Of a stretch of DNA of 10,361 bases, positions 1 to 6,904 are shown piece after piece. A program made the translations under genes and the position numbers. The stretch's first letter is position 1. Every line of letters starts with the position of its first letter. Source of the stretch: an uncultured bacterium (lineage in GTDB: Bacteria > JAJVIF01 > JAPKYR01); assembly GCA_965369865.1 (NCBI GenBank), contig CBDURU010000121.1, positions 1 to 10,361 on the forward strand. The letters run 5' to 3'. A model generated the notes under the pieces. That model worked only from the letters and a program-made list of their open reading frames with translations, was not told the DNA's origin and searched no databases.

Positions 1-170
1 AAGTTACAAAACCTAACAAAACCCTACAAAAGCTATCATTTTGATAGTTTTTTAATTTCCAGGGTACTTTCCATACGTGATACTACCCAGTCCCGGTAAG
101 TTTCATAACCCGCATGAATAGTGCTGTTGAGGATTCTCTTCAGGTTTTCCAGTGGTGGTCTTTTAGTCAA

Positions 171-186
171 TGGCACATCGGTTGCA
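171..186 (+). promoter_or_regulatory. sigma-54 (RpoN) -24/-12 promoter of the lipoprotein gene
   Basis: TGGCAC-ATCGG-TTGCA exactly matches the TGGCAC-N5-TTGCW consensus. It lies about 90 nt upstream of the ATG at 277 in the correct orientation; predicted TSS is near 197. Confidence 0.7.
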
Positions 187-276
187 TTACCGAGTGCATA
201 AACCGAAGTGATGTGAGGAATAACCGCAAAGGAAACCACACAAAACACTTCAATAACATTCAAGGAGAATGGAACA

Positions 277-1101
277 ATGAAAAAAGCACTAACCACCACC
301 ACATTAATTCTGACAGCAGTACTGGCAATCATGAGTTCAGGTTGCTCGCAAATTCCCCCCCCAACAATCCCGAATCCTATTCCCAAACCAAATCCCCAGG
401 CGCAGAAGTTCACAACCTACATCTGGTGTGCCGCGGACAAGGACGCGTATGTCAACTCCACACAGGATTGGCCACACGGCGGACTTTTCTGGGATAACGT
501 CGGCGCCGGGATGCCGAACGGCCAGCAGAGATCGTACATCCACTTCTACATGCCAATCCTTCCTCCGGGCGCGGAAATCGTCGAGGCTTACATCAATGTT
601 TACGAGGATTCCCGTCAGTATCCCGGCACTGGAAGCATTCCAATAGGCCTTGCAAACGAGGATTGGGATCCTGAGACAATTATCTGGAGCAACCAGCCGA
701 ACCCACCGGGCGCCGGCAGCATAGGAGCTTCAATCAGCCCATTCAACGATGTCAATATGTGGAGAGGCTCCGGAAATGTCAAGAATACCGTACAACAGCA
801 CATTGACAATCCCGCATCGAATTTCGGTTGGGTACTTTTCGACAGTGCATATTACAACACTGTCAGATCATTCTCGTCGGTTAATCACCTGTCCCGCACC
901 TCCACCGACATGGGCCAGGCACCTCGCCTTCTATTAAAAGTCGAGACCGACACCCAGCTTATTCTCAACAGCGTGATGGGTGCGAACCTTACACCCGACA
1001 ATGAGCTTAGCCCGAGACTTCCGGGGACGGTTCTCGTACTGGAAATGTGGTCAGGCAATACCGGATGGCCGGCAGCCTGGGAGGTTGCGGTCGGTATCTA
1101 A
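277..1101 (+). CDS. Lipoprotein with Pro-rich linker and DNRLRE-like (CBM96-type) domain, 274 aa
   Basis: SD AAGGAG at 262-267. Signal peptide MKK + hydrophobic stretch + lipobox-like SSG-C23, then linker PPPTIPNPIPKPNP. Motifs ADKDAYV, RSYIHF, WDPETIIWSNQP, NFGWVL and PRLLL are typical of DNRLRE-domain proteins. Confidence 0.75.
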   Translation: MKKALTTTTLILTAVLAIMSSGCSQIPPPTIPNPIPKPNPQAQKFTTYIWCAADKDAYVNSTQDWPHGGLFWDNVGAGMPNGQQRSYIHFYMPILPPGAEIVEAYINVYEDSRQYPGTGSIPIGLANEDWDPETIIWSNQPNPPGAGSIGASISPFNDVNMWRGSGNVKNTVQQHIDNPASNFGWVLFDSAYYNTVRSFSSVNHLSRTSTDMGQAPRLLLKVETDTQLILNSVMGANLTPDNELSPRLPGTVLVLEMWSGNTGWPAAWEVAVGI

Positions 1102-1131
1102 TTACAGTCACCCTGGTTTATTTCAAATAAA

Positions 1132-1153
1132 GCACGGGTCGCGAGACCCGTGC
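1132..1153. terminator. Probable bidirectional intrinsic terminator between convergent genes
   Basis: Perfect 9-bp stem GCACGGGTC-GCGA-GACCCGTGC, flanked by AAATAAA on the left and ATCGATTTTTG on the right. It sits between the stops at 1101 (+) and 1201 (-). Confidence 0.75.
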
Positions 1154-1200
1154 ATCGATTTTTGTTATAAAGCCAGTTACAGGGAGCCGGCAGCTTTTTC

Positions 1201-2439
1201 TTATACCGATCCTGAACCAAGTATCGCGTCGGGACAGGTCTCGAGGGTGAAACTCTCACCATCCGGCATCCAGTCATCCCACCATGCCGCGTCATCCTTC
1301 CTGGGCAACTTGAAGAACTGACCGTAAAACTTCGGGTCCTTAGACTGGTGATATTTGAAATAAATGAATTCGTCATCATAACCAAGGATTTCAATTTTGC
1401 CGGACGCATGGCTGCCGGTGAGACGAGCGCGTTTGCCAAGTCCTGAAACCTGGCTTTTCGCTTTTTCGAAAATATCGACACTTCTGATTATCGGTGTCAT
1501 GAAATGAGCGTTCCCGCGTGTAGGACGGCACTGGAACACATAATATGGGGGAACCCCGACCTGTGCCAGCTTCGAAAATAACTTCGCCATTGTGTCCGGG
1601 TCGTCATTTATTCCCACAAGAACAGGAGTCTGGTTAATCAGAATAGCTCCCCGCTTCTGAAGCCTGGAAATCGCTTCAATGGAGACATCGGTGATTTCCC
1701 TGGGATGGTTGAAATGGGTGACGATATAGAACCGGGCTTCCGGTTTGGACTGTTGTTCAATGAGTTCGAGGAGACTGGGGTCATCGAGGATCCTGTACGG
1801 GTTGAACGCAAGGAGTTTGCTTCCCAGCCTTATAATACCGATATGGGGGAAGGTCCGAAGCCGTTCGATTATAGCCGTCAGTTTCCTGGTCGAAAGCATT
1901 AATGCATCGCCACCGGTCAAAAGCACGTTAGTAATCTCCGGATGAGAGGAGATATAATCGAAAGCAGGTTCGAGGTCGGGCTGGATTTCCGTGTTGTCAC
2001 CCATGAAAATTCGTTTTCTGAAACAAAACCTGCACATTGAGCCACAGACACGGCTTACGAGAATTAATGCAGTTCTAGTGTATTTATGCTCGCAACTCGG
2101 CGCTACAGTGATCTTAGCCTCATGACTGGCATCGAGGATGCTGTCCTGATCCTCGATTTCCCTTAGTGAAGGAATAATCAGCCTTTTAATCGGATCATCG
2201 GGATCAGACCAGTCGATCAGCGAGAGATAGTAACTATTAGCCCTGAAACCGAAGAAACCGGTGACTTTCTTCAGCCTTTCCCGTTCCTCATCCGAAAGCT
2301 GGGGAATCTGATCTAAATTCGTTATATATTTAATATGGCGTTTTTCATCGATGTCATGCAACCAGTCCGGGTCAAAAAGTTTTTCACTTTGCCGGGATAG
2401 GTTTTCCATAGGATTCTGGTTGCCAGTCTTTTTCTCCAT
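1201..2439 (-). CDS. KamA-family radical SAM/PLP 2,3-aminomutase-like protein, paralogue 1 (412 aa), substrate uncertain
   Basis: HKY...CGSMCRFCFRKR (CxxxCxxC at 132/136/139), VLLTGGD, THFNHPREI, NQTP..GINDD, PYYVFQC and SHASGK (probable PLP Lys348). Start moved from 2505 to ATG 2439 because of the GGAGG SD at 2452-2448. Confidence 0.9.
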   Translation of the reverse strand: MEKKTGNQNPMENLSRQSEKLFDPDWLHDIDEKRHIKYITNLDQIPQLSDEERERLKKVTGFFGFRANSYYLSLIDWSDPDDPIKRLIIPSLREIEDQDSILDASHEAKITVAPSCEHKYTRTALILVSRVCGSMCRFCFRKRIFMGDNTEIQPDLEPAFDYISSHPEITNVLLTGGDALMLSTRKLTAIIERLRTFPHIGIIRLGSKLLAFNPYRILDDPSLLELIEQQSKPEARFYIVTHFNHPREITDVSIEAISRLQKRGAILINQTPVLVGINDDPDTMAKLFSKLAQVGVPPYYVFQCRPTRGNAHFMTPIIRSVDIFEKAKSQVSGLGKRARLTGSHASGKIEILGYDDEFIYFKYHQSKDPKFYGQFFKLPRKDDAAWWDDWMPDGESFTLETCPDAILGSGSV

Positions 2440-2507
2440 TATAGAAACCTCCAAATTAGTTTCGTGATTTAACAGTAAAAACATGTTAATCAATAAGTAA
2501 GACAATT

Positions 2508-2534
2508 AAAAAATCCCGGATAAATTGACCGGGA
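2508..2534 (-). terminator. Intrinsic terminator between the two KamA-like genes
   Basis: On the minus strand, TCCCGG-(9 nt)-CCGGGA followed by T6, about 30 nt after the stop of paralogue 2. Confidence 0.6.
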
Positions 2535-2563
2535 CAAGGCATTTTCAGCGAATTGGGGTATTT

Positions 2564-3802
2564 TTACATGGTTCCGGAACCAAGTTGAACATCCGGACAT
2601 GTATCGAGGGTGAACGACTCACCGTTCGGCATCCAGTCGTCCCACCAGGTGGCATCGTCTTTCCTCGGCAATTTGAAGAACTGCCCGGTATAATCCAAAA
2701 CCTTCGATTCATGGTACTTGAAATACATATATGAGTGGTCGTAGCCGAGCATCTCGATTTTACCGCTGGCGTGGCTGCCCACATATCTGAGCCTTTTGGC
2801 AATACCCGATACTTTTCGCTTGGCTCGCTCGAAAACATCGATACCACGTTTCATAGGCACTTTGAAATGAGCATTTCCACGTGTCGGTCGACATTGGAAA
2901 AGGTAATATGGTGGTACTCCAATTTCCTGCAGGCGGTTAAACAGTTGAGCCAGTGTGTCTGGATCGTCGTTAACCCCAGCCAGGATGGGAGTCTGATTTA
3001 TAAGGAGAAGGCCCCTTCTTATAAGTAAATTAATTGCTTTGATAGTGACGTTTGAAATTTCATTTGTATGATTGAAATGGGTTGAAATGTAAATTCTCGC
3101 GTTCAGATGAGAATTTTCTTCAAGTACGTCCAGAAGTTCAGGATCGTCGAGAAATCTGTAGGGATTGAATGCCAGCAGCTTGGTTCCGAATCGAATACTT
3201 CTGATATGCGGGATATTTCTGAGGTGCTGAAGCACTCTCTTGATTTTCCCGGTGGAGAGCATGAACGCGTCACCACCGGTGAGAAGCACATTATTAATCT
3301 CCCTGTGATTTTCGATATATTCAACAGCCTTATCGATATTGGGAGAAATTTCTTCGTTGTGAGGCATGAAAATCCGCTTACGGAAACAGAAACGGCACAT
3401 CCCCCCACAGATCCTGCTGATAAGGATTAATGCCGTGGCTTCGTACTTATGCTCGCAGCCTGGTGCGACAGTTACCGTGGCTTCATGACTGGCATCAAGC
3501 TCACTGTCAATATCCTCCAATTCAACCGGATCGGGGATAACAATCTTACGAATCGGGTCGTCAGGATCGTCCCAGTCGATGAGCGACAGGTAATAACTAT
3601 TGGTCCTGAATCTAAAAACCGCTGAAACTCGCTCAAGACGTTCGAGTTCCTCATCATTGAGCTGCGGAATCTGTTTGACATCGGTTATATACCTTAAATT
3701 ACGCTTCCTGCCGACCTGCAATTGCCAGTCAGGCATGTAGCCATGTTTAGGGGCCTTAATTCTTTGGTCGGCAAGTTTCTCAGAAGGATACTTGATCGCC
3801 AA
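2564..3802 (-). CDS. KamA-family radical SAM/PLP 2,3-aminomutase-like protein, paralogue 2 (412 aa), substrate uncertain
   Basis: CGGMCRFCFRKR, VLLTGGD, THFNH, NQTP..GVNDD, PYYLFQC and SHASGK. Start moved from 3976 to TTG 3802 because of the AGGAG SD at 3815-3811 (8-nt spacing), which gives the same length as paralogue 1. Confidence 0.9.
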   Translation of the reverse strand: MAIKYPSEKLADQRIKAPKHGYMPDWQLQVGRKRNLRYITDVKQIPQLNDEELERLERVSAVFRFRTNSYYLSLIDWDDPDDPIRKIVIPDPVELEDIDSELDASHEATVTVAPGCEHKYEATALILISRICGGMCRFCFRKRIFMPHNEEISPNIDKAVEYIENHREINNVLLTGGDAFMLSTGKIKRVLQHLRNIPHIRSIRFGTKLLAFNPYRFLDDPELLDVLEENSHLNARIYISTHFNHTNEISNVTIKAINLLIRRGLLLINQTPILAGVNDDPDTLAQLFNRLQEIGVPPYYLFQCRPTRGNAHFKVPMKRGIDVFERAKRKVSGIAKRLRYVGSHASGKIEMLGYDHSYMYFKYHESKVLDYTGQFFKLPRKDDATWWDDWMPNGESFTLDTCPDVQLGSGTM

Positions 3803-4138
3803 GGCTCTCACTCCTTTCGTTAAGTTACCAATTCTGAATATGTAGGGCTTACTCAATCCGCGAAAAGCACACTGCAAAACAAACAGGTCACGCCAGTGAA
3901 ACAAAAACATTAAATAATCACATAATGCGACTGCCCTTTCCATAAAGAAGCCGCAGAGGCCGGAAGAGATACCCAAATATTAAAACCAAAAAAAACCGGT
4001 ACTATATCCTTAATTAAGTTTAACACATTTTTAAGACCCGCGACAAGTGGCCCGAGTTGCGTCAGATATCGGAAATGCGCATCGAATTTGCAAAAATTCA
4101 CTTATTTGGCTCATGCTCAAGCATTATAATCCCGTTAG

Positions 4139-4164
4139 AAAAAAATCCCCGATCAGGGGATTTT
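4139..4164 (-). terminator. Intrinsic terminator of the ferredoxin gene
   Basis: Inverted repeat AAAATCCCC-GATCA-GGGGATTTT with a T7 run on the minus strand, about 22 nt after the ferredoxin stop. Confidence 0.8.
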
Positions 4165-4186
4165 GATACGAATCATACTGGTTTTA

Positions 4187-4417
4187 TCAACCATCGTCGC
4201 CGATAGCTTCGACCGGGCAGGATTCGATTGCTTCCTTTACAAGTTCTTCCTCGTCCGCGTTTTCCGGTTGCTTGCTAACAAAAGCATGGCCCTCATCTTC
4301 GTTGTGTCCGAAGTTATCGGGTGCGGTTTGCCTGCAGACGTCGCAGTCGATGCAATTCTCGTCAATGTAGTATTTCCCTTCTACATTATCCGGTAATCTT
4401 GTTTCTTTGTCGGCCAT
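4187..4417 (-). CDS. Single-cluster [4Fe-4S] ferredoxin, 76 aa
   Basis: CIDCDVC (CxxCxxC) plus distal CPVEAI; highly acidic; SD AAGGAGG at 4433-4427; tandem stops TGA TAA. Confidence 0.93.
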   Translation of the reverse strand: MADKETRLPDNVEGKYYIDENCIDCDVCRQTAPDNFGHNEDEGHAFVSKQPENADEEELVKEAIESCPVEAIGDDG

Positions 4418-4630
4418 TCGAAAGGCCCTCCTTCATTTGATTGAGGAGATTTCGGTGAGTCCTGTCACACCGAGCGTAGGGGATTTTATCATCAAGTAAA
4501 TGAACTGGCAACCGGTTAGTGAGATTAAAATCAAGAAAAATCCAAACCGGGAATGGTTAACCATGGCATAAATTATCGTATTAAATAAGATAAAATCCTT
4601 TGTTAATCTCATAGACCGCGATCCGGGTCC

Positions 4631-4659
4631 TTGACGAAACCGGGTACTCATGCGATAAT
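4631..4659 (+). promoter_or_regulatory. Putative sigma-70 promoter upstream of the pilin-like gene
   Basis: TTGACG-17 nt-GATAAT with an extended -10 TG at 4651-4652. Confidence 0.5.
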
Positions 4660-4670
4660 TAGCTTGCGGA

Positions 4671-4699
4671 TTCCCAGTCTGCTCAGGTTGTGTTATACT
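4671..4699 (+). promoter_or_regulatory. Second putative sigma-70 (extended -10) promoter upstream of the pilin-like gene
   Basis: TTCCCA-17 nt-TATACT with TG at 4691-4692. Confidence 0.4.
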
Positions 4700-4831
4700 T
4701 CCGATTCCCAATCCCGAGCAAAAATAAAAGCAGTCCGCCGCATGGGTGCGGCATGAACCAAAGCCGTCCCATTAGCAATCATAAGTAATATAAAGGCCGA
4801 TTTATTAGTATGCGGCCAGGGAGAGAACCTG

Positions 4832-5818
4832 ATGAAGCTTCAAAGAGGATTTACACTTGTGGAACTCCTGGTAGTCATTACCATCATAGGGATACTGGCT
4901 GCTATAGCACTTCCGAACTATACAAAGGTGCGGATCAAAGGTCGTGAGACTGAAGTCAAGGCCAACCTCCACAAGATCCAGGAAGCCATTGAAAGGTATC
5001 GCCTGGATGAAGGTGAATATCCTGCATACCTTCTTGGCGGAAATGAAAATTCATGGCCGATTTTCTTTGGCAGGAACCTGGGTGATGCAAATGTTTTTGA
5101 CCTGACCACTGGTGAACCATTATTTTTTGACCCGCTAATAGAATACAATTACATTGATTCTTACCCTGAGAATCCATTCGTGGACCCTCAAAAGGCCGGA
5201 ATTTACATGGAATTCAGCGGAGGCGACATGACAATTCCCGCATCCGGCGACCCCCGATTCGGCATCAAGGGAAATCTGATGCCCAACTCGGTCGACGATC
5301 CACTCTGGTTCAATGTCGCTCCGGGAGTAACCGTTGAGACTATCAACCAGGCGGGTACGCAAATAGTAAACTTTGGCGCTTATGGTGGACACAGAACCCC
5401 TTCAGGCGATGCGGACAGGTACATCATCCAGGGAAGCTTCTTCTACCGTGCCGAAGGTGATATCGACTGGACCACACCACCGGGCAGCAGCCCTACCCGC
5501 TACGATTTCCGTTACCAGAGTTTCGACCGTTACATCCTTGGGGGATTCGGCCACGATACCACGAAGGGCCTTGATATAATCAGGCTCGTAGGAATTGGTT
5601 TCTACCGTCACCAGCCCGACACCAATTTCCAGTGGGATATTCCGCTTCTCCTTCCCGAGGTCTTTGGAGGCGGCAACGGCGGAGAGTTTGAGAATATGCC
5701 CTACTACCCGTACGAGCCAAGCGAGGACGGGGTTGAGTTCTATTACGGAGCGCCGGACGGATACGAGGACGGTGTTGTACTGGTTCTCACAGACAGCGGT
5801 AAAAACCTGAACTTCTAA
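4832..5818 (+). CDS. Prepilin-type N-terminal cleavage/methylation domain protein (type IV pilin/GspG-like N-terminus, large unknown C-terminal domain), 328 aa
   Basis: QRG|FTLVELLVVITIIGILAAIALP has the class III signal with Glu5. It is followed by the GspG-like helix VKANLHKIQEAIERYRLDEGEYP. Purine-rich SD AGGGAGAG lies just upstream. Confidence 0.88.
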   Translation: MKLQRGFTLVELLVVITIIGILAAIALPNYTKVRIKGRETEVKANLHKIQEAIERYRLDEGEYPAYLLGGNENSWPIFFGRNLGDANVFDLTTGEPLFFDPLIEYNYIDSYPENPFVDPQKAGIYMEFSGGDMTIPASGDPRFGIKGNLMPNSVDDPLWFNVAPGVTVETINQAGTQIVNFGAYGGHRTPSGDADRYIIQGSFFYRAEGDIDWTTPPGSSPTRYDFRYQSFDRYILGGFGHDTTKGLDIIRLVGIGFYRHQPDTNFQWDIPLLLPEVFGGGNGGEFENMPYYPYEPSEDGVEFYYGAPDGYEDGVVLVLTDSGKNLNF

Positions 5819-6094
5819 ATTTGTCCAGGCGGATTTTAAAAACTTAGAAAGCCCAGGCTCAATTTATCGAGCTCAAAGCAATACATTTATTCGGTAATCC
5901 AACCACTCCTGCAAACGATCAAAGGTACAATCCGCGATTAATTAAAAATAATTGGTAAAGATTCGATTTCGCATATGAAACTAAGCCCAAACGCATCTAA
6001 TTTGGTAGTCATAATTGCATCTGAAAGTACCGGGATGGGAAAGTAAATCGTTCCCGGTCGGGAACGCGAAATAAATACCCCCTCCCATCCTCAG

Positions 6095-6126
6095 AACGCC
6101 CGCTTTAATTAGTGGGCGTTATTTTT
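6095..6126 (+). terminator. Intrinsic terminator-like hairpin
   Basis: AACGCCCGCT-TTAATT-AGTGGGCGTT forms 10 bp with one G-U on the + strand and is followed by ATTTTT. Confidence 0.6.
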
Positions 6127-6286
6127 ATACCGACCATCGTGCCGGGGTTGGAGTACGTGAATCGACCCATTCCAGCATCAAATCTCTGGATGCCTTCAGC
6201 CCTTCCTGTTCGACTAATAACTTTACCGGGCTTTCCTTCGGAAATGTCTCCAGGCCTATTAAACCGTTTCCAGTAAAAGTTGGAAA

Positions 6287-6697
6287 TCACTCCAGGGTTT
6301 CCGCCTCATCATCGATAAGTCCCTGCGATTCCATAAATTCGGTCAGCTCTTCCTCGGACCATTCTTTGTTACTGGCGATAAGTTTCATGGCTTTTTCGAC
6401 ATTATTCTCATGGACGTAAATATCGACAGTTGTCCTGTATAACGGGAACGCTCCGTAAAGGTTTCTCAACGCCCCAGCGGGATCCCTTACAACCGTGGTG
6501 ATTCCATTCGATTTCAGTAACCCGTGGATCATTTCAGCCGTGTGCAGGTTTTTTGCCTGGTAAATAACCACCCATTCTTTTTCATTGGTGACGATACCTT
6601 CGTCAAGCCCGGGAGCGTCGTGAAGCGCTCCGCCGCAATCGGGGCACTTGTCGAAGTCGGGGATGTATTCGGTTTCACACCTGTGGCAGTATTTCAT
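6287..6697 (-). CDS. Zn-ribbon + DUF2007 (putative signal-transducing domain)-like protein, 136 aa
   Basis: MKYCHRC...CPDCGG (CxxC-CxxC), then WVVIY...AEMIHGLLKSNGI...VDIYVHENNVEKAMKLI, the DUF2007 pattern. Start placed at ATG 6697, after AAAGGGAAA. Confidence 0.8.
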   Translation of the reverse strand: MKYCHRCETEYIPDFDKCPDCGGALHDAPGLDEGIVTNEKEWVVIYQAKNLHTAEMIHGLLKSNGITTVVRDPAGALRNLYGAFPLYRTTVDIYVHENNVEKAMKLIASNKEWSEEELTEFMESQGLIDDEAETLE

Positions 6698-6904
6698 TAT
6701 GGGTTTCCCTTTTACATCAAAAATAGCGTCAAGGAGCAGAATCCATTTTATCATAAAATCTGTTTAAGTCAGGGAACGTGCAATTTCTCTGAACAGTCAA
6801 TGGATACTAATAGCAGAAAAGTTTAAAACACCGATTTTTATGCTTTTTGTACCGATTTAAGTTGATTTTCTGCAAAAAATGCCGTTAAATTGATGTGAGG
6901 ACCC

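Noticed and set aside
115..262. Possible 6S-like long rod (TGAAT..GCTGTTGAGG / CTTCAATAAC..ATTCA, GTGGT/ACCAC, CACATC/GATGTG)
   Set aside because: It needs many bulges and G-U pairs, abuts the lipoprotein SD, and contains the sigma-54 box, whose TSS (~197) would exclude the 5' arm. A promoter region is the simpler explanation; an Rfam scan would settle it.
1201..3802. Naming the radical SAM genes kamA, epmB, ablA or pylB
   Set aside because: The lysine-specificity aspartates and the PGGGGK motif are absent, no partner genes are present, and PylB belongs to a different, PLP-independent family.
3803..3976. Longer N-terminal extensions given in the ORF track (also 2440-2505, 6698-6754, 8019-8114, 8738-8824)
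   Set aside because: The downstream starts have SD-like motifs or translational coupling and match where family homology begins. The extensions look like intergenic or overlapping sequence.
4433..4711. 92-aa minus-strand ORF, and other short shadow ORFs such as 36-413, 114-497, 1098-1481 and 8846-9367
   Set aside because: They have no recognisable motifs and overlap promoter regions or lie antisense or out of frame to well-supported genes.
6105..6290. 61-aa minus-strand ORF with a GTGA overlap, as a small gene or type I toxin
   Set aside because: It has no recognisable motif or hydrophobic helix, and its stop falls in a hairpin loop. The alternative frame over the same DNA looks more protein-like. 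Not strictly excluded.
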